NCBI GenBank assembly: GCA_038327195.1
Contig: JBBQKU010000012.1
Span: 38,401-102,400, forward strand
Source: Bacteroidota bacterium
GTDB lineage: Bacteria > Bacteroidota > Bacteroidia > B-17B0 > Aurantibacillaceae
Direction of reading: 5' to 3'
DNA length: 64,000 nt
The notes beneath the pieces are model-generated. The model did not search any database, was not told where the DNA came from, and worked only from the letters and a program-made list of their open reading frames with translations. Shown piece after piece: positions 46,612 to 55,732 of the stretch. The first letter of the stretch is position 1. Each line of letters begins with the position of its first letter. The translations under genes and the position numbers were made by a program.

Positions 46612-46640
46612 GAAATTTAATTTTACAAATTTCTGTTTTT
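46612..46640 (+). terminator. Weak AT-rich hairpin terminator after the U32 gene
   Basis: 7-bp stem gaaattt / aaatttc followed by tgttttt. Confidence 0.35.
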
Positions 46641-46658
46641 AAATAATCTTTGTTATTA

Positions 46659-46745
46659 AGGCTTTGGGCGTTCCCTTCGGGCGGCCTTTTCGCTCCAATC
46701 TTTTGCTAAAAAGCAAAAGGATTTCCACTGCAAAACCTAACGCAA
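46659..46745. repeat. GC-rich structured intergenic element (REP-like; possible dispersed Bacteroidota repeat or small RNA)
   Basis: aggctttgggcgttcccttcgggcggccttttcgctccaatcttttgctaaaaagcaaaaggatttccactgcaaaacctaacgc. A conspicuous GC island in AT-rich spacer, with a cUUCGg-type motif and a perfect 8-bp hairpin cttttgct/agcaaaag. Confidence 0.5.
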
Positions 46746-46764
46746 TTTTTTATAACCATGTAAT

Positions 46765-46866
46765 TTACTTTCCATAGCAGAGATAGCTTTTCACAATAAA
46801 TATGACAAGTATTGCTACAAAAAACAGACCAATTGAAATTGAGATTATTTTGTCTTTATTTTTCAT
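46765..46866 (-). CDS. Possible 33-aa single-pass membrane peptide (below the ORF-track threshold)
   Basis: Manual translation: MKNKDKIISISIGLFFVAILVIFIVKSYLCYGK*. One clean hydrophobic helix with charged flanks. No homology evidence. Confidence 0.25.
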   Translation of the reverse strand: MKNKDKIISISIGLFFVAILVIFIVKSYLCYGK

Positions 46867-46973
46867 TATTAATCTAAGTTACATACTTTTTTAATGAAAT
46901 TTAGAATCAAAATTTAAAAATTAAATGAAATGATGAAATTATTTTTCTCAAAAATGGTTGTAAATAATCAATA

Positions 46974-47003
46974 TTGAGTTACCCAATTTAATTTGTATTT
47001 TTG
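46974..47003 (+). promoter_or_regulatory. Candidate Bacteroidota sigma-A promoter (-33 TTG / -7 TAnnTTTG) for the 47021-52344 operon
   Basis: Exact TATTTTTG at 46996-47003, 17 nt upstream of the ATG. TTG at 46974-46976 with a 19-nt spacer. Confidence 0.35.
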
Positions 47004-47020
47004 AGTAACATCATTATACT

Positions 47021-48325
47021 ATGTCTGAAATTAATAAAGATCAACAAATAGAAAGCCTTGAAGAAAAGGTAACGCATTTAAGTCGTATGCTAGTAAAGTC
47101 ATTTGGTTATGCTGAGCAAGACCCAGATACTTTTTTACAGAATGCTCGCCGAACTACAGAAGCCATTTGCCGATTTATGTACACCAAAGAATTGGGTGAG
47201 CCAAAAGGCAAAATGATGCTGAATGATTACGGTAGAGAATTATTAAATAAAAAAATAATTCCAGATAAAATTGGAATTTTAATCGGTACGATTCAAACCT
47301 ATGGTAATTACGCTGCTCATGCCCAAGATGATTTATCGGAGGCAACCCGCGAATGGATTGCGCCTTGCCAAACTGCGTTAGCAAGTTTAACCAACTGGTT
47401 TTTTCTTGAATATTTAAAAGGCAATGTGCCAAATGAATTGCTAACTCCTATTCAAAGTTTTGCTGAGCCTACAGGTCATTCAAACGTAAGGGAATCACCA
47501 GCAGTTGCAACAAAAAAAATGTCGCTCGTTTCTATCTTATTAATAAGTATTGCCGTTTTAGTGATTGGAGTTTCTGCCTTTTATTTGATAACCAAAGATA
47601 AATCAACGAGTATTGAAAAGGCTGATATTGTTCCAATTACATCTTCTGAAAATGTTGTAAAGCAACAGGAAGAAATGGTTGACAATTTAAACAGCACAAC
47701 TCCAAATGCAGATGCAAAACGAATTGCAATTTTATATTTTGATAATGGTTCTGATAACGCTGAACTATCTCGTTTAAGAAAAGGTTTAGCGGACATGCTT
47801 ATTTCTGATTTATCAAAAATAAAAATGTTAAATGTAATTGAACGTGCTAGATTAGAAGAAATACTAAAAGAGCAAAAATTAAATAATTCGAAAGAATTTG
47901 ATGCATCAACTGCCAGTAAAGTTGGAAAGCTTTTAGGTGTACAATATATTTTGACAGGAGCATTTTTTGATTTAATGGGAAGTATGCGAATGGACGCGCG
48001 GATTATAGATGTTGAGACTGGGAAAATTATTAAAAGTGAAGGTATTGATGGCGCAACAAATACATTTTTTGATTTAGAAAAAAAATTGGTTGTGAAAATT
48101 GCTGGTGGTTTAAATGTTGATTTATCTAGTGATAAAACTAGTGATACAGAAGTGAAACAGGCATCATTAAGTTACGAAACATCTTTGCTTTTTTCTGATG
48201 GATTAGATCAAATGGATAAAGGAGAGAATTCGAAAGCAATAGAAACATTTAAAAAAGTGCTGAAAAAAAATCCTGATTTTGTGCCCGCACAACAAGCTCT
48301 TAATAAATTACAGAAAAAAGTATAA
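47021..48325 (+). CDS. Bitopic membrane protein: cytoplasmic DUF4145-like domain, one TM, periplasmic CsgG/LpoB-like domain, C-terminal TPR
   Basis: aa ~20-130 fit the DUF4145 pattern (ARRTTEAICRF...LNDYGRELL...IGTIQTYGNYAAH...). TM helix MSLVSILLISIAVLVIGVSAFYLI. Then IAILYFDNGSDN...LRKGLADMLISDLSKI..L.VIERARLEEILKEQKL...GK.LGVQYILTGAF...RMDARIIDVETGKI (CsgG-like). TPR at the end. Confidence 0.7.
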   Translation: MSEINKDQQIESLEEKVTHLSRMLVKSFGYAEQDPDTFLQNARRTTEAICRFMYTKELGEPKGKMMLNDYGRELLNKKIIPDKIGILIGTIQTYGNYAAHAQDDLSEATREWIAPCQTALASLTNWFFLEYLKGNVPNELLTPIQSFAEPTGHSNVRESPAVATKKMSLVSILLISIAVLVIGVSAFYLITKDKSTSIEKADIVPITSSENVVKQQEEMVDNLNSTTPNADAKRIAILYFDNGSDNAELSRLRKGLADMLISDLSKIKMLNVIERARLEEILKEQKLNNSKEFDASTASKVGKLLGVQYILTGAFFDLMGSMRMDARIIDVETGKIIKSEGIDGATNTFFDLEKKLVVKIAGGLNVDLSSDKTSDTEVKQASLSYETSLLFSDGLDQMDKGENSKAIETFKKVLKKNPDFVPAQQALNKLQKKV

Positions 48326-50409
48326 TGAAAAAAGGAGTCCTGTTTTTTATAAGTTTATTTTTTGCGTTTTATACTCATGCAAAAACTATTGCTATTTCCT
48401 ATTTTGATAATTCGAGTGGTGATGCTAAATACAATGCCTTATCAAAAGGTATTGCTGATATGTTGATTACTGATCTTTCTAAAATAAAAGGTGTAACAAT
48501 TGTTGAACGTGAAAAATTAGAAAAATTAATTCAAGAAATAAAACTAGGCCAATCAAAATATTTCGATCAAGCAACGGCTCAAAAATTAGGAAAAGGATTA
48601 GGCGCTCAAAATATATTAACAGGTTCGTTTTATATCCTTGATAACATTATTCGTATGGATGCGCGTTTAATAGATGTAGAAACCGGTGGCGTTATATTTG
48701 CGGAACAAGTGAGTGGAAATAAAAATAATTTTTTCGCACTTCATCAACAGTTGGCAAATTTATTAGCTAAGAAATTAAATATTCCTTATAGCCCAGATTT
48801 AAGTGGATTATACAAAGCGAATGAAGAAGTAACGTTAGCAGAAGTAGTAAATTTTTCGAATGCTATTGCCTTACAAGATGATGGAATGAATGCAGACGCT
48901 AAACAATTGTTGGAAAAAACAATAAAAGCTAATCCAAAATTTCATTTTGCACAAAATAAATTAGATGAAATAAAAGAATGGTTAAAAAAAATTGAGATTG
49001 AAAGAGAAAGGCTAATTATGGAAGAGTTGAAAAATACCATATATAGCTTAGATCCTGCAAACGAAAAATTTGGAATGCAAATCAGTAATGTTTGGACAAC
49101 CCTTTTATCCTCATATAAATACAATCAATTACTTTCATTTAATAATTCGTTAAGAAAAAAGAATTTAGATGATAAGAAAAAAATATATGGCGAAGCTTCT
49201 CCTTTAACCTTGGGTGAAATGATGTTATTTTATGATTGCACGGCTTTAAGTGCATTAAAAAAATATGAAGAAGTAATTGATGTAGGTAAAAAATTTATTA
49301 CAAATTACCCAACTAGCATGTATTTTCAAAGCATTAAAATGAATTTGGAACAAGCAATTAAAGAATTGGAGCAACGTAATGTTGGTAAAAAAGGAATTGA
49401 AACCAAGTTAGCAGGTGAAGCGTTAGATGGCTATCTGACTTACTTAAACCGTTTGGAATGGAAATCTAATTTGCAATTTGTAGATGAAAGAGAATATAAA
49501 AATTATTTAAGTATTTATAAATCGCAAGTATTAAGTAGCAATAAAGAAACGATTGAAATTTGGGATGAAAGTAGTAAGCTAAATGAGTTTACAGAGTTTT
49601 TTGATGTAGCGGTTCAATACAGAGATATTAGAACAATGGAAGAAATCGTTTCGGTTACGAAGCAATTATTTACAGAAACAGATGATCAAGATCGTGTTTT
49701 TAGTTTAGAAAATAAATTAGAAGATTTTAAAACTAAAACGATTGAAAAAGCAGATAAAATAAAAGAGTTGGAAAGCATAGCAAAAAAAGGCTCAAAAGAG
49801 GAAATGGAAAAAATTATTAAGTGGCATTTTAGTAATGAGCAATATAATCGTCCTGATTTACTTTTAACAATCTGCGAAAATTATGTAACAAAATACAAAC
49901 CAAGTAATGAAAGCGAAGCAGAAATAAGTTTAAATGCTTGGGACGGATTAATCAGTAATACTGGAAAATTAAAGAGTATAGATGAAGCTAAAAAATTAGT
50001 TGAAACTCTAAAGGGAAAAGCAGATGACTTTAAAACTTATAAAATTATTTATGATAAAGAACTTAGAGAAATAAATCAAGACGTAAAAAACTTACAAAAC
50101 GATTATACAAATTATCAAAAGAATTTTAAAAATAATGATCCAATGATTTCAGTGCTCGAAAATTACGCTACTATATATAAAGATAATCATCAATATACAG
50201 AAGAAGCTTATACTAGAAAGCAATTAATGGATTTGTTTAAATTGGATGCAGATAAAGAGCCTTTACAATTATTTTTACTTTCGATGTGTTATTATAATTT
50301 AGGTTATTTTGATAATGTTAAAAAAACTGCAACTCAATTAAAAGAAAAATATCCTGCTAGCACGTATTCAGAATCTATTAATTCTATCACGTCATATATG
50401 CCTCAATAG
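48325..50409 (+). CDS. Secreted CsgG/LpoB-like domain protein with long TPR/BamD-like helical region
   Basis: Signal peptide. IAISYFDNSSGDAKYNALSKGIADMLITDLSKIKGVTIVEREKLEKLIQEIKL...RMDARLIDVETGGV is paralogous to the periplasmic domain of 47021..48325. Helical repeats with ..YP.S.Y.. motifs. ATG overlaps the upstream TAA by 1 nt. Confidence 0.7.
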   Translation: MKKGVLFFISLFFAFYTHAKTIAISYFDNSSGDAKYNALSKGIADMLITDLSKIKGVTIVEREKLEKLIQEIKLGQSKYFDQATAQKLGKGLGAQNILTGSFYILDNIIRMDARLIDVETGGVIFAEQVSGNKNNFFALHQQLANLLAKKLNIPYSPDLSGLYKANEEVTLAEVVNFSNAIALQDDGMNADAKQLLEKTIKANPKFHFAQNKLDEIKEWLKKIEIERERLIMEELKNTIYSLDPANEKFGMQISNVWTTLLSSYKYNQLLSFNNSLRKKNLDDKKKIYGEASPLTLGEMMLFYDCTALSALKKYEEVIDVGKKFITNYPTSMYFQSIKMNLEQAIKELEQRNVGKKGIETKLAGEALDGYLTYLNRLEWKSNLQFVDEREYKNYLSIYKSQVLSSNKETIEIWDESSKLNEFTEFFDVAVQYRDIRTMEEIVSVTKQLFTETDDQDRVFSLENKLEDFKTKTIEKADKIKELESIAKKGSKEEMEKIIKWHFSNEQYNRPDLLLTICENYVTKYKPSNESEAEISLNAWDGLISNTGKLKSIDEAKKLVETLKGKADDFKTYKIIYDKELREINQDVKNLQNDYTNYQKNFKNNDPMISVLENYATIYKDNHQYTEEAYTRKQLMDLFKLDADKEPLQLFLLSMCYYNLGYFDNVKKTATQLKEKYPASTYSESINSITSYMPQ

Positions 50410-50415
50410 TAAGCC

Positions 50416-52344
50416 ATGCAAACATCTCATTCTAATATAATTTCAGTTAGCGAGTTAAATAATTTGGCTTGGGAAAACAGATATGTCAATAGAGAGAGTG
50501 GCTTACTACAAGCAATGGATGCAAAAGCAAAAGCTATTGTTGAAAATGATTTAGTTGGTTTTTATTTTGCTCAATTAACCATTGCTCAATATACTTTTTG
50601 GAAGACAAATGAAGGAGAGCAAGTTATATTAGTGAATGAGGCATTATCTTTTTTTGAAAACCTAAAAAATAGTTTAGGAATTTCTAGAGCAAATGCAATT
50701 TGTGCAGGAATGTTTGATCAGTTTGGTCAATATGAAAAGGCCATGCATCATGCATTAAATGCAGTAAAAGCCAGTGAATTAATAAATGATAAGAGTAATA
50801 AAGGAGACTGTTACACGCTGCTTGGGCAAATATATTCTCGTATTTACGATTATTCAAATGCTATAATTGCTTTAAAGACTGGCTTAGAAATTAGAAAAAA
50901 CAACAACGAAGAAAAAGCAATGGCATCTTCTTTAAATTTAATTGCTCGTAATTATGTGTTGGATAAAAAATACGTTGAAGCAAAAAAGTACTACGAAGAG
51001 AGCTTAGTTTTACGTGAAACTATAAGCGATTTATCTGGCATTCCATGGACATATCTTGGACTAGCAAGTTTATTTACTGAAACAAAAGAATGGAATCTTT
51101 CTTTAGATTTTTATAATAAAGCAGAGCAATCAAATCAAAATAAGGAACAACGTTTTGAGTTACTATGTTTATTGGGAAAAGGAAAAATATGTTTGTTCCA
51201 AAATAAAATTGATGATGGGATTATTTATTTAACAAAAGCTATATCTATTGCTCATGTTCTCAAAATTATTTCATTAGAATCAGAAGCGCATCAATTGCTT
51301 GCTGAAGCTTATGAAAAGTCAAATGATTTAAAGCAAGCACTTTATCATTATAAATACTATAATGAACAACGACAAGAGATATTAAGCAACGAAAAAGTGA
51401 ATATGTTGAAACATCAGCAAATTGCTTTTTCGGTTGAAAATGCTGAAAAAGAAGCTGAAATACATCGTCTTAAAAATGTAGAATTAAAAAATGCATTTAA
51501 TAAAATTGCACTTCAGCATCATGAACTAGAAGAAAAAAGTAAGGAAATAACTGATAGTATAAATTATGCTAAACGCATACAAGATGCCTATTTACCAGAA
51601 AAAGAATTGTTTGATATACTTTTCGAAAATGCTTTTTTATTATTTAAGCCAAAAGATATTGTAAGCGGTGATTTTTATTATTATACTCAATTAAACTCAT
51701 CTTCAGTTTTATTTGCTGCCGCTGATTGTACTGGGCATGGAGTGCCTGGGGCTATTATGAGTGTTATTTGTTGTAATGCTTTAAATGAAGCAGTCAATAA
51801 AAAAGAAATTCACCAGCCAAATCTTATTTTAAATGAAGTTAGAACTAGTGTAACTACTGCATTTAAAAAACAGGGAGTTGTTACCCAAAAAGATGGGATG
51901 GATATTTCATTAGTTCGTTTGATTAATTTAGAAGGTAAAATTAAATTGCAATTTTCTGGTGCTAATAATCCACTATGGATTATTAGAAAAGGTAAACCAA
52001 ATGTTGAAAATGAAACCACTTATTTAACAGCAACTCATTATTTAATTGAAATTAAAGCGGATAAACAGCCCATAGGAAACTATGAAAAAATGAATCCCTT
52101 TACATTGCATGAAATGGATTTGCAAGAAGGTGATACATTGTACTCTTTTACTGATGGCTTTGCTGATCAGTTTGGTGGAGTTGGTGGAAAAAAATTAAAA
52201 TCAAAAGCACTTAAGGAACTTTTACTATCTCTACAAAATTATACAATGAAGGAACAACATACTTTTATTGATAAAGCTTATAACGACTGGAAAAGTGGTT
52301 ATGAGCAAATTGATGATGTTTGTATGATTGGTGTTAGAATCTAA
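50416..52344 (+). CDS. Cytoplasmic TPR, coiled-coil, PP2C/SpoIIE-type phosphatase
   Basis: No signal peptide or TM. About six TPR units, a coiled coil, then INYAKRIQDAYLP...SGDFYYY...AADCTGHGVPGAIM...FTDGFADQFGG...DDVCMIGVR, the same subtype as the output domain of 30626..31846. Confidence 0.8.
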   Translation: MQTSHSNIISVSELNNLAWENRYVNRESGLLQAMDAKAKAIVENDLVGFYFAQLTIAQYTFWKTNEGEQVILVNEALSFFENLKNSLGISRANAICAGMFDQFGQYEKAMHHALNAVKASELINDKSNKGDCYTLLGQIYSRIYDYSNAIIALKTGLEIRKNNNEEKAMASSLNLIARNYVLDKKYVEAKKYYEESLVLRETISDLSGIPWTYLGLASLFTETKEWNLSLDFYNKAEQSNQNKEQRFELLCLLGKGKICLFQNKIDDGIIYLTKAISIAHVLKIISLESEAHQLLAEAYEKSNDLKQALYHYKYYNEQRQEILSNEKVNMLKHQQIAFSVENAEKEAEIHRLKNVELKNAFNKIALQHHELEEKSKEITDSINYAKRIQDAYLPEKELFDILFENAFLLFKPKDIVSGDFYYYTQLNSSSVLFAAADCTGHGVPGAIMSVICCNALNEAVNKKEIHQPNLILNEVRTSVTTAFKKQGVVTQKDGMDISLVRLINLEGKIKLQFSGANNPLWIIRKGKPNVENETTYLTATHYLIEIKADKQPIGNYEKMNPFTLHEMDLQEGDTLYSFTDGFADQFGGVGGKKLKSKALKELLLSLQNYTMKEQHTFIDKAYNDWKSGYEQIDDVCMIGVRI

Positions 52345-52353
52345 TTTTTTGCA

Positions 52354-54141
52354 CTAAGCGTGTTGCAATAATTTATTGAGTACACTCTCTGATTTTCCTT
52401 TTAAAATTTGCATATCACCTTGTTCAATTATTTCACCTTTATCCATTACGATAATAGAATCGGCATGTTCAATAGTTGTTAAACGATGCGCTATAATGAT
52501 TGAAGTTCTATTTTTTGCAATTTCAAAAGACGCTTTTTGAATAAGCTTTTCTGTTTCTAAATCAATTGAAGAAGTAGCTTCATCTAAAACAAAAATTGGC
52601 GGGTTGTAAATATAAGCTCTTACAAATGCTATTAATTGTCTTTGTCCTGAAGATAAAGAAGCGCCACGTTCGTTAACTTGATAATTATAATTATTTGGTA
52701 ATGCCATTATAAACTCATGTATGCCAATTTTTTTAGCTGCTTCAATAACTTGTTCTAATGTTATTTCTTCATTATGAAGTGTGATATTATTTAAAATGGA
52801 TTCGTTAAATAAAAACACATCTTGTAATACTACACCAACAGATTGTCTTAATTCATTGAGTTTGTATTTCTTGATGGAAACATTATCAATCAAAATTTCA
52901 CCTTTATTAATTTCATAAAATCTACTTATTAAATTAATAATGCTTGATTTACCTGCTCCTGTAGCTCCAATGATACCAATTGTTTTACCACTATCAATTG
53001 TGAAAGAAACATCTTTAAGTATATAGTTTTCGTTTGTATAAGCAAACCACACATGTTTAAATTCAATTTTTCCTTTTAAATTAGTTGTTAGTTCAGTTCC
53101 GTCATCACTTATAACTTCGGTTGTATCAATCACTTTAAAAACTCGTTCTGCTGCTACTACTCCCATTTGCAGAGTATTTAATCTATCTGCTAACATTCGA
53201 ATTGGTCTAAAAACCATATTAATCATCATGATAAAAAAAGTAATATCACCCAATTTAATATTATAAGTATTGGCATTTACACCTGCAAACCAAATGAACA
53301 TGGCAATTGAAACAGCTGATAAAATTTCAACAACAGGAAAAAAAACGGAGTAATACCAAATGGAACGGATATTTGCTTTTTTATGTTTTTCATTTATTTC
53401 TTTAAATTTTTCATATTCAATTTTTTCTCTATTAAATAATTGAACAATCCGCATCCCTGTAATATGCTCATTTGTAAAAGCATTGAGGTTAGCAACTGCA
53501 TTTCTAACTTCTGTAAAAGTTTTTTTAACTCCGTTCTTAAATAAATTAGTAGCAACAAATAATAATGGAATACTGCTTAATGCTACTAATGCAATAGCCC
53601 AATTAGTATAAAACATGGCGCTAATAAAAATAATAAGCATTAAAATATCTCCACAAATCACAATAAATCCCTGGGAAAAAACGTCGCTTAAACTTTCAAT
53701 GTCCGAAACAGCTCTTGTAACAAGAGTTCCAACAGGAGTATTATCAAAGTATGTGTTTTTTAATTTTAAAATATGAGTAAACACTTGTAACCGTAAATCT
53801 TTAACAATATTTTGTCCCAATAAATTTGTTATGTTAATATTTAAAAATTGTAACATGGCTTCAATTAAAAGCACTCCTAATAATATCAATCCCATTTGAT
53901 TGATGTAATTAGTTTTTTCGAAGTCTTGTAAAAAGTTTGGGTCGGAAGGGGTATTTGCCCCTACCACGTTAAGCATTCTGTTTATTAAGAGTGGACGAAC
54001 AATGGCAAGAGCTGAAAGTGTGATAGTTATAAGTATTGCCGAATAAAATATTTTATTATAGGGTTTACTGTAAGACAATATCCGTTTTAATAAACCGATA
54101 TTCAATTTTTTATTTGGAGTTGCTGTTGTTGACATTAACAA
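52354..54141 (-). CDS. ABC exporter, fused permease/ATPase (MsbA-like family)
   Basis: Six N-terminal TM helices. Walker A GATGAGKSS, signature LSSGQRQ, Walker B IFVLDEATS. Confidence 0.9.
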   Translation of the reverse strand: MLMSTTATPNKKLNIGLLKRILSYSKPYNKIFYSAILITITLSALAIVRPLLINRMLNVVGANTPSDPNFLQDFEKTNYINQMGLILLGVLLIEAMLQFLNINITNLLGQNIVKDLRLQVFTHILKLKNTYFDNTPVGTLVTRAVSDIESLSDVFSQGFIVICGDILMLIIFISAMFYTNWAIALVALSSIPLLFVATNLFKNGVKKTFTEVRNAVANLNAFTNEHITGMRIVQLFNREKIEYEKFKEINEKHKKANIRSIWYYSVFFPVVEILSAVSIAMFIWFAGVNANTYNIKLGDITFFIMMINMVFRPIRMLADRLNTLQMGVVAAERVFKVIDTTEVISDDGTELTTNLKGKIEFKHVWFAYTNENYILKDVSFTIDSGKTIGIIGATGAGKSSIINLISRFYEINKGEILIDNVSIKKYKLNELRQSVGVVLQDVFLFNESILNNITLHNEEITLEQVIEAAKKIGIHEFIMALPNNYNYQVNERGASLSSGQRQLIAFVRAYIYNPPIFVLDEATSSIDLETEKLIQKASFEIAKNRTSIIIAHRLTTIEHADSIIVMDKGEIIEQGDMQILKGKSESVLNKLLQHA

Positions 54142-54896
54142 AAAATAGATTTAGGGTAAGATATTTCTGTTAAATATAATGCATGAGCATTAACGGACAT
54201 GCCCGCGTCTGATCTATTTTTATTATCAATAATAGTTTTAAATTCTGACAAAGTAATTTTCCCTTTTCCTATTTCTAATAATGTGCCGACAATTGCTCTT
54301 ACCATGTTTCGTAAAAATCGATTTGCCGTAATTTTAAAAACATATTCATGCTCATTTTGTTTAATCCATTGAGCAAATATAACATTGCAATTATTTGTTT
54401 TATTTTGAGTGTTCACTTTACTAAAACTAGTAAAATCAGTTACTGATAAAAGATATTTCGCAGCCTCATTCATTAATTTAATATTTATTTCTCCATAAAT
54501 AAATAAAGATGATTGATATAAAAAGGGGTTTTTATACGTGTGAATTAAATACTCGTAAGTTCTGAATTCTGCATCAAATCTAGCGCTTGCATCATTTTTT
54601 ACAGAATATATTTTTTTTATCGCAATTTCAAATGGTAAAATTTTATTAAGTTTATAGATATAATTGGTTTCTGGTAAATGTAAATCTGTTTTATTACAAT
54701 CAAAATGGGCATAAAAATCTTTAGCACTTACACCAGCATCAGTTCTTCCACAACCAACTATTTCTATTTGTTCCGAAAAAATAATACTTAATTTTTCCTG
54801 CAAAATATGTTGAATGGTATTTTTAGTATTCTCTTGAACTTGCCATCCGTTAAAAGTGGTTCCGTTATAACAAAGTTGTATAAAATAGCGTGGCAT
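54135..54896 (-). CDS. truA: tRNA pseudouridine(38-40) synthase
   Basis: MPRYF..L.Y.GT.F.GWQ.Q and GCGRTDAGVSA (catalytic Asp) motifs. Confidence 0.9.
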   Translation of the reverse strand: MPRYFIQLCYNGTTFNGWQVQENTKNTIQHILQEKLSIIFSEQIEIVGCGRTDAGVSAKDFYAHFDCNKTDLHLPETNYIYKLNKILPFEIAIKKIYSVKNDASARFDAEFRTYEYLIHTYKNPFLYQSSLFIYGEINIKLMNEAAKYLLSVTDFTSFSKVNTQNKTNNCNVIFAQWIKQNEHEYVFKITANRFLRNMVRAIVGTLLEIGKGKITLSEFKTIIDNKNRSDAGMSVNAHALYLTEISYPKSIFC

Positions 54897-54917
54897 TTGG
54901 TAAAGATAACAATTTAT

Positions 54918-55700
54918 TTATTTCAAAATATTTGGATTATTTGTAATAATTCCATCAACTCCTCGTTTTGCTAGTTTCTTCGCTTTTCTAGGTTTATTAA
55001 CTGTCCATACATAAACTGTTTTACCAAGAGCATGTACTTTTTTAATAAGTTTTTTTGAGCAAAATTTATAATAAACATTTACCCCTTCCCAATTTTTAAA
55101 ATCATCTTTACTAAAATGTTTATCAAAGTTGAAGCTTACTAAAGGTAATTTAAAAACTATTAATTTCTGTAACTGAATATTACTGTCCAATTTAGCTACG
55201 TTTAGTAATGTTTTTTTATCAAATGAATGTATAGTACGAATCCAACTTTGAGCATTATATTTTTTTATTAATTCTATAATGTGTTTTTCTATATTGGGAT
55301 AATAATCATTTCCCTTTTTTATTTCAATTAATAACTTACATCTTCCATTTATTAATTTAATAGCATCTTCCAATGAAGGTGGTGAAGGGTTTTTAAACAA
55401 ATGATCTTTTTGTTTAATCTTTAAATTTGAAAACCAATTAAAATTAAAATCTTTAATTAACCCCTTTTCAAAAGTTGTTCGGTCAACAGATATATCATGC
55501 ATTAAAACTAAAACGCTATCTTTTGTTTGATGAACATCAGTTTCAATGATTGCAGTTCCCATTTCAATAGCGGTCTCAAAAGCAATTAGTGTGTTTTCTG
55601 GCTCATAAGCACTAGCTCCACGATGGGCTATAATAATAGGGTTTTGTGCCCTTGTTATTAAGTAACATAAAATTAATATCGTAGTTGTAATATATTGCAT
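54918..55700 (-). CDS. Glycerophosphodiester phosphodiesterase family protein
   Basis: IIAHRGAS...PENT...E.DV..T.D...V..HD motifs; signal peptide. Confidence 0.8.
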   Translation of the reverse strand: MQYITTTILILCYLITRAQNPIIIAHRGASAYEPENTLIAFETAIEMGTAIIETDVHQTKDSVLVLMHDISVDRTTFEKGLIKDFNFNWFSNLKIKQKDHLFKNPSPPSLEDAIKLINGRCKLLIEIKKGNDYYPNIEKHIIELIKKYNAQSWIRTIHSFDKKTLLNVAKLDSNIQLQKLIVFKLPLVSFNFDKHFSKDDFKNWEGVNVYYKFCSKKLIKKVHALGKTVYVWTVNKPRKAKKLAKRGVDGIITNNPNILK

Positions 55701-55732
55701 TTAATTAGAGTCGTTGTGATTAAATTAGTAAG

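Noticed and set aside
46659-46745. GC-rich element considered as a tRNA, SRP RNA or other housekeeping RNA
   Set aside because: I could draw no cloverleaf (no acceptor or T-arm pairing, no GTTC motif) and saw no SRP or tmRNA conserved motifs. Classified as a REP-like or unknown structured element instead.
52345-52353. Convergent PP2C and ABC exporter genes whose stop codons are only 9 nt apart, with no terminator hairpin
   Set aside because: Real in the sequence and could imply overlapping 3' UTRs. Tight convergent ends are common in compact genomes, and nothing further can be inferred without transcript data.
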